Shown one piece after another: positions 21,986 to 32,940 of a stretch of DNA of 64,000 nt. Source of the DNA: Thermodesulfobacteriota bacterium (GTDB lineage Bacteria > Thermosulfidibacterota > Thermosulfidibacteria > Thermosulfidibacterales > B14-G1); the NCBI GenBank assembly GCA_024274915.1, contig JAJSAC010000063.1, positions 621 through 64,620 of the forward strand. The letters run 5' to 3'. Both the position numbers and the translations under genes were made by a program. The notes beneath the pieces were generated by a model. That model had not been told where the DNA came from. It saw only the letters and a list, made by a program, of their open reading frames with translations, and ran no database searches. The number at the start of each line of letters is the position of its first letter. Position 1 is the first letter of the stretch.

Positions 21986-23718
21986 GGGTTCTTCTCTCTG
22001 GTGATGAGGCCATTGCCTGGGGGGCTTGGGAGGAGGGAGTGGCGGTGGCTGCTGCATATCCCGGCACTCCCAGCACAGAGATTCTAGAAACCCTGGCCAC
22101 CCTTCCCGGAGTCCGGGCCCAATGGTCTTCCAACGAGAAAGTGGCCTTAGAGGTGGGTATAGGGGCTAGTATGGCGGGAGTGAGGGTCTTGGTGGCCATG
22201 AAACATGTGGGCCTCAACGTGGCAGCTGATCCTTTCATGACCCTCTCTTACACCGGTGTTGGAGGGGGGTTGGTGGTGGTCTCCGCAGATGATCCGGCCC
22301 TTTACAGTTCCCAGAACGAGCAGGACAACCGCCATTATGCCCGGATAGCCAAGGTTCCCATGCTAGAGCCTGCCGATAGCTGGGAATGTAAAGAACTCGT
22401 GGGAGAGGCCTATCATATTTCGGAGACCTTTGACACCCCGGTACTTTTCCGTGTCACCACCCGTATAGCCCATGGCAAGGGTGTGGTGGAGCTGGGGGGG
22501 CGTAAGGAGATTTCCCCCCGGAGCATGGAATTGGACCCTGCCAAATGGGTCATGCTTCCCAACTTTGCCAGGGAACGCCATCCCATGGTGGAGGAGCGCA
22601 TGAGGCGCCTGGTGAGTTACGGTGAAAGCTTTCCTGGTAACAGGATGGAGTTGAGGGATCTTTCCATGGGATTCATCACTTCAGGGGTGGCATATCAATA
22701 TGTGCGGGAGGCCTTTCCCAGGGCTTCAGTGTTGAAGCTCACCCTTACCCATCCCTTTCCCAAGGCCAGGGTTTTGGATTTCGCTGGTAGGGTAGAAAGG
22801 CTCTTTGTAGTGGAGGAGCTGGATCCCTTCCTGGAGGAGCAGGTCCGGGCCCTGGGCATAGAGGTGGTGGGTAAGGAGGTTTTCCCAAGGGTGGGGGAAC
22901 TCTCCCCGGAGTTGGTGAAGGCGGGGGTGGAAAGGGGTTATAAACCTTCTTTCGTTTCATTCTCCGCCATACCTCAGCGGCCTCCCACCTTGTGTCCCGG
23001 CTGCCCCCACAGGGGTGTATTCGTGGTCCTCAAAAAGCTGAAGATGACGGTCTTGGGGGATATAGGTTGCTATACCCTGGGGGCTTTGCCCCCCCTTTCC
23101 AGTCTCCACTCTTGCATCTGCATGGGGGCGGGAGTGGGCATGGTCCACGGGGCTGAAAAGGCTGGGGCCCCTGGGGGGATGGTGGCAGTTATAGGGGACA
23201 GTACCTTTTACCACTCTGGGATAACCGGGCTGGCGGACATCGTTTACAACGGAGGCACATCCACGGTGGTGATCATGGATAACGGTACCACGGCCATGAC
23301 AGGTAGGCAAGGCCATCCTGGTACGGGGGTGGCTCTCCAGGGTGGGGGCAGGAGGGTTGATTTGGAGTCCCTGGTGAAGGGTTTGGGTGTGAATAGGTTG
23401 AGGGTGGTGGACCCTTACGACTTGAAGACTATGGAGGAGGTTTTTCGAGAGGAGACGGAGGCCCGGGAGCCCTCAGTGATTGTGACCCGGCGCCCTTGCA
23501 CCCTTATCACCTCCGGCCCCATAGGTACCTTCTCGGTCGACGAGGATCTCTGCATAGGTTGTGGGCTTTGTGTGGGTGTGGGTTGTATAGCTCTGGCCAT
23601 GGTGGGGGAGGGGAAGGGCAAAAAGTCCCGTATAGACCCACACCTCTGCTATGGCTGTGGGGTCTGTGCTCAGGTCTGTCCTAAAGGGGCCATAGGGGAG
23701 GCTGAAGGTGCTTCATGA
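21982..23718 (+). CDS. iorA: Indolepyruvate:ferredoxin oxidoreductase alpha subunit
   Basis: YPGTPSTEI, MKHVGLNVAAD, SSQNEQD, CPGCPHR, GDIGCY, GDSTF.HSG and C-terminal 2x[4Fe-4S] motifs. Confidence 0.95.
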   Translation: MRVLLSGDEAIAWGAWEEGVAVAAAYPGTPSTEILETLATLPGVRAQWSSNEKVALEVGIGASMAGVRVLVAMKHVGLNVAADPFMTLSYTGVGGGLVVVSADDPALYSSQNEQDNRHYARIAKVPMLEPADSWECKELVGEAYHISETFDTPVLFRVTTRIAHGKGVVELGGRKEISPRSMELDPAKWVMLPNFARERHPMVEERMRRLVSYGESFPGNRMELRDLSMGFITSGVAYQYVREAFPRASVLKLTLTHPFPKARVLDFAGRVERLFVVEELDPFLEEQVRALGIEVVGKEVFPRVGELSPELVKAGVERGYKPSFVSFSAIPQRPPTLCPGCPHRGVFVVLKKLKMTVLGDIGCYTLGALPPLSSLHSCICMGAGVGMVHGAEKAGAPGGMVAVIGDSTFYHSGITGLADIVYNGGTSTVVIMDNGTTAMTGRQGHPGTGVALQGGGRRVDLESLVKGLGVNRLRVVDPYDLKTMEEVFREETEAREPSVIVTRRPCTLITSGPIGTFSVDEDLCIGCGLCVGVGCIALAMVGEGKGKKSRIDPHLCYGCGVCAQVCPKGAIGEAEGAS

Positions 23719-24295
23719 TGGCGTGGTGAATCTGGTCTTCTGTGGTGTGGGCGGTCAGGGGGTACTCCTTGCCTCGGAGGTGGTGGCTCAGGTGGCTTTG
23801 GAGGCTGGGTTGGATGTGAAGAAGAGCGAGGTCCATGGTATGGCCCAAAGGGGGGGCTCCGTGTTTTCCCATGTGAGGTTCGGGCGGAAGGTCTATTCTC
23901 CTGTCATTCCCTTGAGTGGGGCCCATGTGCTGGTGGCTTTCGAGGAGCTGGAGGCCCTGAGGTACGCTCCTTATGCCTCTCCCCAGGCCAGGATTTTGGT
24001 AAATACATTGGAAATAAACCCCGCCACCGTCCTTTCGGGGGATGCTACATACCCGAAAGATCCCCTTGGTATGTTGAGGGACCATTTCGTCCACGTGGAG
24101 GCCGTGGATGCTTTGGCCTTGGCCCAAAAGGCAGGATCGTCCAGGGCAGTTAATTCGGTGATGTTGGGCCTTTTGTCCCGTTATCTCCCCTTTGCACTCC
24201 CGTTGTGGCTGGAAGTTTTGGGTCAGCGGGTACCTGCCAAGGCCAAGGAAATAAACGTTAAGGCCTTTGGCCTGGGGAGGGAGCTTTCTTCCTGA
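23708..24295 (+). CDS. iorB: Indolepyruvate oxidoreductase beta subunit
   Basis: GVGGQGVL, SEVHGMAQRGGSV.SHVR, N.VMLG, N.KAF.LG. Confidence 0.95.
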   Translation: MLHDGVVNLVFCGVGGQGVLLASEVVAQVALEAGLDVKKSEVHGMAQRGGSVFSHVRFGRKVYSPVIPLSGAHVLVAFEELEALRYAPYASPQARILVNTLEINPATVLSGDATYPKDPLGMLRDHFVHVEAVDALALAQKAGSSRAVNSVMLGLLSRYLPFALPLWLEVLGQRVPAKAKEINVKAFGLGRELSS

Positions 24296-24315
24296 AAGCG
24301 GCAGGTAGGGAAAGG

Positions 24316-25569
24316 GTGCTTCTAGTGGTCCTGGATGGTCTGGGTGACCAGGCCCTGGAGGCTCTGGGAGGTAGGACACCCCTCCAGGTGGCCAGAACGC
24401 CCCAGCTTGATCATCTGGCCCTTCTGGGGGGAGGAGGGAGCTATCACCCTGGCAGGATGGGGGTGGCCTATTTCAGTGATCTGGCTTTCTTTATTGCTTT
24501 AGGGTACTCCCAGGGGGAATTTCCCGGTAGGGGGGTTCTGGGTGGGTACGCAGCTGGGCTTTCCATATCTCCTGGAGAGGTTTACGCCTTGGCTTCCATG
24601 GTTTCCCTGGAGGAGAGCTGTCCAGACGGACCCATCTTGGTGGAGCGGGGCGGTGATCTGGCACCAGAGGAGTGGGAAGAAGCCCTGGAGATCCTGTCTC
24701 GTCCCTGGCATGGCAACGGGGTAGAGATCACCTTCCATCCTTTGGAAGTGGGTATAGGAATCCTGAAGCTTGAAGGGGAAGTAGATCATCGAATCACCGA
24801 TTCAGACCCTTCTCATAGGGGAGGGAAGGTCTACCAGGTGATGTCCAGAGGCGAAGAAGGAGAACTGGCAAGCCACACGGCCAGGGAGTTGAATCGTTAC
24901 CTGGATGGGGTGGCTTGGAGGCTGAGGGAGGCTTCCTTTAACGCGTTGAGGATCAGGGAGGGCAAGAATCCCATGAATGCCCTTTTGGTTCAAGGGGCGG
25001 GCAGAGATAAGTTCCTGCCGTTTTTGAAGGAGCGCTGGGGGTTCGATGGTGCCCTGGTGGCTTCTGAGCCGTTTATCCTGGGGATAGGGAAGAAGTTGGG
25101 CATGGCGGTGATAGGGGTGGGAGAGGGAAGTCCCAAAAAGGAGCTCCTGATCAAATTTAAAGAGGCCCTACCCCTGCTTGAAACCTACTCCATGGTGGTG
25201 ATCCATACCCGTGCTCCGAAGCTGGCTTCCAGGAAACACAACCCCTGGGAGAAGGTGAAAGTGGTAGAGGAACTGGATGGGGCCTTTTCCTATCTCCTGG
25301 AATACCTTGTACCCAGGGAAGAGAGGCTATTAGTGGTATGGGGCGGTTCTTCTACATCTACGGGAGGCCCTTATCTCTATTCAGGAGATCCATCCCCCCT
25401 GTTGATGATAGGTCCCCGGGTGAGGAGGGGGCCTAGCCTCAAGTTTGATGAGCCTTCCCTGGCCTATGGGTCTATAGGTTTTCTAAAGAGGGAAGAGCTT
25501 ATGCTCACTATCTTGAGCTATACGGGTAGGGCACCTCTCTGGGGAAGACACCAGGGTTTGCTGGTATAA
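24316..25569 (+). CDS. Degenerate ApgM/alkaline-phosphatase-superfamily paralogue, probable pseudo-enzyme
   Basis: LDGLGD...G.TPLQ.A.TP.LD, ITDSDP and FDE motifs retained; C-terminal metal ligands substituted. Confidence 0.75.
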   Translation: MLLVVLDGLGDQALEALGGRTPLQVARTPQLDHLALLGGGGSYHPGRMGVAYFSDLAFFIALGYSQGEFPGRGVLGGYAAGLSISPGEVYALASMVSLEESCPDGPILVERGGDLAPEEWEEALEILSRPWHGNGVEITFHPLEVGIGILKLEGEVDHRITDSDPSHRGGKVYQVMSRGEEGELASHTARELNRYLDGVAWRLREASFNALRIREGKNPMNALLVQGAGRDKFLPFLKERWGFDGALVASEPFILGIGKKLGMAVIGVGEGSPKKELLIKFKEALPLLETYSMVVIHTRAPKLASRKHNPWEKVKVVEELDGAFSYLLEYLVPREERLLVVWGGSSTSTGGPYLYSGDPSPLLMIGPRVRRGPSLKFDEPSLAYGSIGFLKREELMLTILSYTGRAPLWGRHQGLLV

Positions 25570-25782
25570 ATTGCATTCTTGTGCAGTATTTTCTCCTCCA
25601 ACCTTTCCCTTGATGGGGACATGGCCTGGAAAAGATGTTGAAAATGCAAGCCTAATCTGTCTGGCATGTTTTTGTGTTTAACTGATGGGCAGGAGGGAGT
25701 AGTTGACAGTTATGGAACTTTTGGCTTATCTAGTCTGGGAAAGTGAGTATAAGAGCTTTAAAACGAAAGGAGGTGACCGCGC

Positions 25783-26157
25783 ATGAGGAAGATACTCAGC
25801 TTGTTGGTAGCAGTGGTTTTTGTGTTTAGTGCCATGGCGGTGGTGACGGCGGCAGAGTCGAACAAGGGGGCAGAGAAATACACCATCGACAAGTGTCAGA
25901 AGAGGAAAGGCCCTGTTCTCTTTAACCACTGGCAGCATCAGAAGATCCAGGGTGTTACCTGTAAGACCTGTCATCATAAGGCGGAGGAAGGTAAGGCCAT
26001 CAAGAGTTGTCTTCAGTGCCATCAATGCAAGAAGGGAGAGGCTCCCGCTGCAAAGATGGCCTTCCACAAGACCTGCAAGGGCTGCCATATGAAGATGAAG
26101 AAGGCGGGCAAGAAGACTGGGCCCACCGGCTGTACCAAGTGTCACGTCAAAAAGTGA
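25783..26157 (+). CDS. Periplasmic tetraheme cytochrome c3 (class III)
   Basis: Signal peptide, PV.FNH..H, and four CxxCH motifs (CKTCH, CLQCH, CKGCH, CTKCH). Lys-rich. RBS AAGGAGGT. Confidence 0.92.
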   Translation: MRKILSLLVAVVFVFSAMAVVTAAESNKGAEKYTIDKCQKRKGPVLFNHWQHQKIQGVTCKTCHHKAEEGKAIKSCLQCHQCKKGEAPAAKMAFHKTCKGCHMKMKKAGKKTGPTGCTKCHVKK

Positions 26158-26169
26158 GTCTGCAGGGGT

Positions 26170-26202
26170 AGGGGGAAGGGGTTCTAGGCCCTTTCCCCTT
26201 TT
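26170..26202 (+). terminator. Terminator after cytochrome c3
   Basis: AGGGGGAAGGG...CCCTTTCCCCT followed by TTT. Confidence 0.7.
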
Positions 26203-26263
26203 CCTTTAAAATCCTTTCATCCCCTTGAAAACCCGGGGGCCAGGTCTATATTGTCCCCCAATC

Positions 26264-27982
26264 ATGGGAAGAGTTGCCCCGGATATTTTGGAGGAGATCA
26301 AGGAGCGTATAGATATCGTCCAATTGGTCTCCCAGTATCTTCCCCTCAAGAGGGCGGGTAGGAATTTTAAGGCTCTCTGCCCTTTTCACGTGGAGAAGAC
26401 CCCTTCCTTCACCGTCAGTCCTGAAAAACAGTTTTTTCATTGCTTTGGCTGCGGGGCCAGTGGGGATATTTTCCAGTTCCTGATGAGGATGGAGAATATA
26501 ACTTTCCCCGAAGCCATGGAAAAGTTGGCTGAGCAAGCGGGAGTGGAGATTCCCAAAGGGCGGGAGGAAGAGGGGGACGGGGAGAGGAATAGGCTCTATT
26601 ACCTTCACAAGGTGGCTACCGACTATTTCCACCAGGCCCTTCTCTCTCCTCCAGGCCAAAAGGCCCGGGAGTTGGTTTTATCCAGGGGTATAGGGTCTTC
26701 TGCCTGGGAGACCTTTCAGCTGGGTTATGCCCCTGACAGCTGGGATAGGCTCAGGGATGTGTTGAAGGCGAAAGGGTTCACTGCAGCTGAGATGCTTTCT
26801 GTAGGCCTGTTGGGGGAGAGGGAAGGGGGGAGAGACCCCTATGTCAAATTCCGCCATCGCCTCATGATTCCCATATGGGATTCCAAAGGACGGGTGGTGG
26901 CTTTTGGGGGTAGGGCTTTAGACCCGAACCAGGAACCCAAATACCTCAATTCCCCGGAGCACCTCCTCTTCAAAAAGGGGGAGATCCTCTATCCTTTTCA
27001 TATGGCCAGGAAGGCGGTCAGGGACATGGGGTATGTTTTGTTGGTGGAAGGGTATATGGACGCCATCACCTGCCATCTCCGCGGTTTCCCCAACGCTTTA
27101 GCTGCTCTGGGCACGGCCCTTACACCTTCCCAGGCTCGGAAGGTGGCCCGGCTTTCCAGAGAGGTGGTCTTAGCTTACGACGGTGACGATGCGGGGCGGA
27201 AGGCTGCCTTGAGGGCTGCTTCTGTCCTCTTCCAGGTGGGTGTGGTACCCAGGGTGGTTTTGCTTCCTCCTGGAGAAGATCCAGACAGTTTCCTCAGGAA
27301 CCGAGGCCAGGGGACCTTTGCGTCCCTCGTAGAGGGGGCTGAGGATGTGGTGTTGTGGTACATGGCGGAACTGGAATCCCTCCATTCCCTTTCCCATCCC
27401 CGGGAAAGGGCCCGGTGGCTTAAGGAGGTTTTGGGCTTCCTTGCCCCATTGAAGGGTTCCCTGGATCTGGAGTCTTACCTGGTGGAGGTTGCGTCCAAGA
27501 CGGGTGTCACCCTGGAGGGTCTTAAGAGGGAGATCTATGGGGGGGGTAAGGGGAAGGTAGGGAAGACATCCCGTGCCATTATGGGGTCTTGGGAGATGTT
27601 GTATTTGGCCTTGGCCCTGTCCAATCCCAGGTGGTGGAGGGTCTTCAAGGGGGAGGTGTTGGAGGACGCCTTTGTCCACTCCCTGTGGGAAAAAGTGAAA
27701 GGGGAGGACGACCCTTCCCTTGCTCTGTCCATGCTGGATGATAAGGAGAGGTCCCTTCTAGTGGCCAAAGTTATGGAGATCCCTGAGGAAGGAGTGGAAG
27801 ATCTCTTTGCATCCTGCCACAGGAGGGCGGAAAGGAAGGCCTTGGAGAGGGAGGCCAGAAGGTTGAAGATGAATATGGAGGGTGTTTCTGGAGATGAGAG
27901 GGAGCACCTTTTGGCCCGGTATATAGAGATAATGAAGAGTATTAAAGGTACAGGGGAGGAGGGAGTTTATGAAACCCATTGA
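26264..27982 (+). CDS. dnaG: DNA primase
   Basis: CPFH.EKTPSF...CFGC zinc finger, FGGR, KYLNSPE, VEGYMD, YDGD.AG and DPD TOPRIM motifs. ATG 26264 lies just after TTGAAA-N16-TATATT. Confidence 0.95.
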   Translation: MGRVAPDILEEIKERIDIVQLVSQYLPLKRAGRNFKALCPFHVEKTPSFTVSPEKQFFHCFGCGASGDIFQFLMRMENITFPEAMEKLAEQAGVEIPKGREEEGDGERNRLYYLHKVATDYFHQALLSPPGQKARELVLSRGIGSSAWETFQLGYAPDSWDRLRDVLKAKGFTAAEMLSVGLLGEREGGRDPYVKFRHRLMIPIWDSKGRVVAFGGRALDPNQEPKYLNSPEHLLFKKGEILYPFHMARKAVRDMGYVLLVEGYMDAITCHLRGFPNALAALGTALTPSQARKVARLSREVVLAYDGDDAGRKAALRAASVLFQVGVVPRVVLLPPGEDPDSFLRNRGQGTFASLVEGAEDVVLWYMAELESLHSLSHPRERARWLKEVLGFLAPLKGSLDLESYLVEVASKTGVTLEGLKREIYGGGKGKVGKTSRAIMGSWEMLYLALALSNPRWWRVFKGEVLEDAFVHSLWEKVKGEDDPSLALSMLDDKERSLLVAKVMEIPEEGVEDLFASCHRRAERKALEREARRLKMNMEGVSGDEREHLLARYIEIMKSIKGTGEEGVYETH

Positions 27983-29750
27983 GGTATCTAAGCTTACTGA
28001 GCTCAGGAAACTCATCGCTTTGGGAAAGAAGAAAGGGTTTCTCACCTATGATGAAATCCATGAGATGCTTCCTGGGGAGCTCAGTGTGCCCGAGCAACTT
28101 GAAGACATCTTTCATCTTTTGGAGGAGATGGACATCCAGGTTCTGGACCATCCCCAGGGCAAGCTGGGGACCAGTAAGGCCATATTGGGGGAGACCACAG
28201 GGGATGGGGAGCTCTTAGGCATGGTGATGGAGGAGCATGAAGAGGACTCAGGGGTTTCAGCGGATCCTGTGAGAATGTATCTCCAGGAGATGGGTTCCAT
28301 TCCCCTTCTTTCCAGGGAGGAGGAGGTGGAGCTGGCCAAAAGGATCGAAGAAGGCCGGAATCTGGCCATAGAGGCTGTCATGTCTATTCCTCTTACGGTG
28401 AAGGAAATCATGAAGCTCCGGGATGGGTTGGAGGCGGAAGAGCTGGAGCTGGACCAGGTCTTCATATTGGAGGAGGATCTCTCGTCTGAAGATTCGGCTA
28501 AGGTGAGACAAAGGATTCTGCTGGAGTTGGAGGCCCTAAACAGGGTGTTTGACCTTTACGAGAAGAAGCGGAGGGAGCTCTTCCTGGGTGGTGATGCCAT
28601 GACTTCGGAGGAGAGGGAGCGTATCCAGGAAGAGATAGAGAATAAAAGGATGGAAATGATAGCCCTTATAAAGAAGCTGAGCCTTTCCAGTGCCCAGGTG
28701 GAGCGCCTTGTGGACCTTATCCGTGGGTATGTGCAGAGTGGTGACAGGGCTTTGGCCGAGATTAAGGAATGTGAGGAAGTCCTCCTCATGCCCGCTGACA
28801 CTTTTATCCGGTTCTACGAAGATCTGGATACTTTGAATTCCTATGGAGAGAGGGAAGAAAGGGCCAGACAGGTGACCACTTTGTCTTTTGAGACCCTCTC
28901 TGGGTACTACGAAAAGATTTTGAAGGCCAGGGATGAGATCGGGTTCATCGAGTTGGAATCCACCCTTTCTCTGAGCGAGCTTAAAGAGATTCTCGCGGAG
29001 ATCGAGAGGGGTCTGCATCAGGAGAAGGAGGCTAAGCGGCTTTTGGCTGAAGCCAACCTGAGGTTAGTGGTGAGTATCGCCAAGAAGTATACCAATAAAG
29101 GTCTTCAGTTGCTGGATCTCATCCAGGAGGGGAATATCGGTCTTATGAAGGCCGTAGAGAAGTTCGAGTACAGAAGGGGATACAAGTTCAGCACTTATGC
29201 CACGTGGTGGATAAGGCAAGCCATCACCCGGGCCATAGCCGATCAGGCCAGGACCATCAGGATTCCCGTTCACATGATAGAGACCATCAATAAGCTGGTG
29301 AGAACTTCCCGGCAGCTGGTCCAGGAATTGGGCAGGGAGCCCACTCCTGAGGAGGTGGCCCGCAGGTTGGAGATGGTCCCCGAAAAGGTGAGAAAGATCT
29401 TGAAGATTGCCAAGGAACCCATCTCTTTGGAGACTCCCATCGGTGAGGAGGAGGATAGCCATTTGGGAGACTTTATTGAGGACAAGTCTATAGATTCACC
29501 AATAGACACAGCCATTGATGAGAGCCTGAGGGAGCAGATAGAGCAGGCTTTGGAAACCCTTACCGACAGGGAGAAGACGGTTCTTAAGATGAGATTCGGT
29601 TTGGACATGGATTCGGAGCACACCCTGGAGGAGGTAGGCCGGGTTTTCCATGTGACCAGGGAGAGGATCCGACAGATAGAAGCCAAGGCCCTGAAGAAAC
29701 TCCGTCATCCTCGGAGGAACAAGAATATCAAGAGTTTGCTGGAGGTCTAG
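27969..29750 (+). CDS. rpoD: Primary sigma factor RpoD
   Basis: Region 1.1, [45 protein letters not shown]. Confidence 0.97.
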   Translation: MKPIEVSKLTELRKLIALGKKKGFLTYDEIHEMLPGELSVPEQLEDIFHLLEEMDIQVLDHPQGKLGTSKAILGETTGDGELLGMVMEEHEEDSGVSADPVRMYLQEMGSIPLLSREEEVELAKRIEEGRNLAIEAVMSIPLTVKEIMKLRDGLEAEELELDQVFILEEDLSSEDSAKVRQRILLELEALNRVFDLYEKKRRELFLGGDAMTSEERERIQEEIENKRMEMIALIKKLSLSSAQVERLVDLIRGYVQSGDRALAEIKECEEVLLMPADTFIRFYEDLDTLNSYGEREERARQVTTLSFETLSGYYEKILKARDEIGFIELESTLSLSELKEILAEIERGLHQEKEAKRLLAEANLRLVVSIAKKYTNKGLQLLDLIQEGNIGLMKAVEKFEYRRGYKFSTYATWWIRQAITRAIADQARTIRIPVHMIETINKLVRTSRQLVQELGREPTPEEVARRLEMVPEKVRKILKIAKEPISLETPIGEEEDSHLGDFIEDKSIDSPIDTAIDESLREQIEQALETLTDREKTVLKMRFGLDMDSEHTLEEVGRVFHVTRERIRQIEAKALKKLRHPRRNKNIKSLLEV

Positions 29751-31189
29751 CGGAAGAAGATCAGGGTCACTACCACGAATATGGGGATGAGGATCACCAG
29801 GGAATATTTGAGGATGTAGCCAAAGAAGCTGGGCATCTCCACTCCGGCTTCTTCGGCTATGGATCTCACCATGAAGTTGGGAGCGTTACCTATATAGGTG
29901 TTGGCTCCCATGAAGACTGCCCCGGCGGAGATGGCCTCCAGGTAGATACCTTTCTGGGAGATGAGGTGGGCTACAGCTGTTTTTTCAGGCACTCCTGCGA
30001 AGAAGCGGCCCAGGGCAGTGTTAAGGAAAGTGAGATAAGTGGGGGCGTTATCCAAGAAGCTGGAGAGGCCACCTGTAATCCAGAAGAAGTGGTAGGGCTC
30101 TCTCACAGAGGCTATCAGGGCCCTGGCGGCACCTTCTTCCCCTGCCCTCAGGATGGCAAGGGCGGGGATCATGGTCATGAAGATACCGGCGAAAAGAATG
30201 GCCACCTCCTGGATGGGGAACCAGGTGAACTCGTTCTCTTCTCTGATCTGCCACGGGGTGAACTTGAGGGAGAGGAGTCCCATAGCCACCATAGCGGCGT
30301 CTCTGATGAGGGACTGGGTACTTCTTTCCACTCCCAGTATCTCTACGTAGCCCAGGTGGACAATGCCACTGAAAAGTACAGCTGCCACCACTCCCAAGAG
30401 GAAGAGGAAGTTGATGGAGCCCACTATTTTCAGTCTTTCCTCATCTTCTTCCCTATCGGGCAAGGTCTCTTTTTTGAAATTGATATAGTCCATGATGAAG
30501 TAGAGGGCGATGAGAAGGCCGGCCACCGTGAGCATATGGGGTAGGATTTTGAAGGTCCAGAAAAAAGGCACGCCATGGAGGAATCCCAGGAAGAGGGGGG
30601 GATCTCCCAGGGGAGTGAGGGAGCCTCCGATGTTGCATACCAGGAAGATAAAGAAGACCACCATGTAAGTCTTTTTCTTTCGATAGGCGTTGGCTCTGAG
30701 GAAGGGCCTGATGAGGAGCATGGCTGCCCCTGTGGTACCCACCCAGGAAGCCAGGGCAGTTCCCACTGTCAGCATCCCTGTGTTGACCAAAGGGGTGCCC
30801 CGGAGTTTTCCCTTCAGTAGGATACCTCCTGCCACGGTATATAGGGACCACAGGAGGATGATGAAGGGTATGTAGTCGGCTATGAAGATGTGAAGGATTT
30901 CGTGGAGGGCTGCGCCTTTAAAGACCAATAAGAAGGGAATGGCTACTACCAATCCCCAGAAAGTGGACACTTTTCCAAAGTGGCTGTGCCAGAAATGGGG
31001 GACCAGTAGGGGGAAAAGGGCTATGGAGAGGAGAATGCCAGCGAAGGGTATGATGCTCCATAAAGGTAATTCGGTGCCAAGCTCGTGGGAGACTTCCGAT
31101 GCCCATGAAGGGGTGGGGAGGATTAGAAGGGTGACACCGACCACACAAAAAATAAAAACGAGAGAGGCTGAGGATCCTTTATTACTCAT
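29747..31189 (-). CDS. IT-superfamily transporter (putative Na+/H+ antiporter / CitMHS-like)
   Basis: Many TM helices. [39 protein letters not shown]. Confidence 0.8.
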   Translation of the reverse strand: MSNKGSSASLVFIFCVVGVTLLILPTPSWASEVSHELGTELPLWSIIPFAGILLSIALFPLLVPHFWHSHFGKVSTFWGLVVAIPFLLVFKGAALHEILHIFIADYIPFIILLWSLYTVAGGILLKGKLRGTPLVNTGMLTVGTALASWVGTTGAAMLLIRPFLRANAYRKKKTYMVVFFIFLVCNIGGSLTPLGDPPLFLGFLHGVPFFWTFKILPHMLTVAGLLIALYFIMDYINFKKETLPDREEDEERLKIVGSINFLFLLGVVAAVLFSGIVHLGYVEILGVERSTQSLIRDAAMVAMGLLSLKFTPWQIREENEFTWFPIQEVAILFAGIFMTMIPALAILRAGEEGAARALIASVREPYHFFWITGGLSSFLDNAPTYLTFLNTALGRFFAGVPEKTAVAHLISQKGIYLEAISAGAVFMGANTYIGNAPNFMVRSIAEEAGVEMPSFFGYILKYSLVILIPIFVVVTLIFFR

Positions 31190-31311
31190 TTGCTCAGCTC
31201 CTTGGCCGTATTTCTAAAGACGGCGCAGGTATATATCTGTGAAATTCTGTTGTCAAGGTGGTGTGTTTTTGGTACCAGGGTAGATTAGTTACTATGAGAC
31301 GGGGTGTTAGA

Positions 31312-32352
31312 GTGCTTTTATTTAACCTGCTGAAAAGGAGAAAAAAGTACGCCTTTGGAGTAGACATAGGCCATTCAGGGCTGAAAATAGCGGTGTTTAA
31401 GAAAGAAGGTGGAAAGAAAATGGTGGAGAAATTACATTTGAGGAACTTCCCTCCAGAAGTGATGTCTGAGGGTAAGGTAGTGGATGAAGAAGCAGTGGTA
31501 AGGTCCCTTAGAGATTTGTGGAGAGGGGAGTCGTTCCCCAAAGGTACGGTGGTCGCTGCTGTACCGGGAGGCAATGTGGAAGTGAAAAAAATTAGGCTGC
31601 CAGTGATGGATAAGAAAGAACTGGACAGGTATGTTGCTTTAGAAGCGGAACGAGTTTTTGCTATGCCCTTTCTCAGTCTGGTTATAGACTATGTGGTCCT
31701 GAAAGAGGAGAAGGATTACACGGATCTGTTGGTTGTAGCTGTCCCCAGGGAAAAAGTTACTATGGTTAGAGAACTTTTTTATAAGGCTGGAATAGAGCTT
31801 CATGTATTGGAGGTGAATGCTTTGGCTTTATATCACCTTCTCACTTTTTTAGATGGTGAAAGGTTTAAAGGTCTTTCCGTGCTTTTGGATGTAGGTAAGA
31901 GTACGACCACTGTGGTGATAATTCTAGACGGTGAGCTCCTTTGTGCCAAGGAAGTGTTTGTGGGAGGAGATGTGGTCACTGAGATGATTCAGAATGAGGA
32001 AGGTTTAACTTATGGAGAAGCAGAAGCACTGAAGAGAGGGGGGTTTTCACAAAAACCGTATAAGAGGAAAATTCTAGACAAGTTTGTTATTTCCTTGGGC
32101 CATGAGTTGAAACTGGTGTTGGATAGCTGTAGACTATGGTTGGAATCGGGAGAAGGAGAGGTGAAGAGGGTTTTTTATACGGGAGGGGGAGCTTTATTAG
32201 AGGATTTTGATAAAGCTTTTGAAGAAAGGTTTGACGTAGAGGTTAAAAGTGTGTATTATTTGGATTTTGAAGGGGTGCTGGGAGAGGGGGGTGAGGCATT
32301 GGATAGACATTCTGTGGCGTTGGGTTTGTCTATCAGAGGGGCATCAGTATGA
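31312..32352 (+). CDS. pilM: Type IV pilus assembly protein PilM
   Basis: Actin-like GVDIG, LLDVG.STT, GG...T, TGGG; first gene of pilMNOPQ. Start may be ATG 31294. Confidence 0.85.
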   Translation: MLLFNLLKRRKKYAFGVDIGHSGLKIAVFKKEGGKKMVEKLHLRNFPPEVMSEGKVVDEEAVVRSLRDLWRGESFPKGTVVAAVPGGNVEVKKIRLPVMDKKELDRYVALEAERVFAMPFLSLVIDYVVLKEEKDYTDLLVVAVPREKVTMVRELFYKAGIELHVLEVNALALYHLLTFLDGERFKGLSVLLDVGKSTTTVVIILDGELLCAKEVFVGGDVVTEMIQNEEGLTYGEAEALKRGGFSQKPYKRKILDKFVISLGHELKLVLDSCRLWLESGEGEVKRVFYTGGGALLEDFDKAFEERFDVEVKSVYYLDFEGVLGEGGEALDRHSVALGLSIRGASV

Positions 32353-32939
32353 ATAAAGCAGAAGTTGTAGGCATAAATCTACTTAAAAGAGAGGTCAAAA
32401 GGCCTGTTGCAAGAAGGGTGGGAAGGAGGCCTGGAGAGAGGCGACCCTTCAGTTTAGACAGGGATAAAGCGATTATACTTGCCCTATTCCTGGTTTTTCT
32501 CCTGGGTTTTGGCGGATATTATTTGAAGCTGGAGAGCACCATCAAGGCCAAGGAGAGGATTCTGGTGGAAAAGAAAACCGAGTTGAAGAAGCTGGAAAAG
32601 GTCTACACCAGAATAAAGCTCTTGGAGGCCAGGAAACAGGAACTTCAAAGAATGGTGAAGGTGATTGAGAACCTCTCTTCAGGCAGGGATAGAGTGGTGC
32701 GATTTTTTGAAAAGCTAGAGGGCGCTCTCCCAGAGAATTCTTGGTTAAATTCGCTTAACTTTAAGGGAAATGAAGTGCGGCTAGTGGGGTACTCCCTTGA
32801 GGATAACGGCGTAGCAGACTTCATGGAAAATCTGTCGCGTGTTGAAGGGGTTTCCCGTTGCAAGTTGAAGTATATAAAAGAGGTGGGACTTGCCGGTATG
32901 AAGGTTAAACAGTTTGCTCTCACAGCTTTTTTGAGGTAG
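32349..32939 (+). CDS. pilN: PilN
   Basis: INLL N-terminal motif, TM helix, coiled coil, LP...WL, VADFMENL. Confidence 0.85.
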   Translation: MNKAEVVGINLLKREVKRPVARRVGRRPGERRPFSLDRDKAIILALFLVFLLGFGGYYLKLESTIKAKERILVEKKTELKKLEKVYTRIKLLEARKQELQRMVKVIENLSSGRDRVVRFFEKLEGALPENSWLNSLNFKGNEVRLVGYSLEDNGVADFMENLSRVEGVSRCKLKYIKEVGLAGMKVKQFALTAFLR

Positions 32940-32940
32940 G

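Noticed and set aside
29747-29750. Convergent 4-nt overlap of the rpoD and transporter stops as antisense regulation
   Set aside because: Common in compact genomes; no further evidence.
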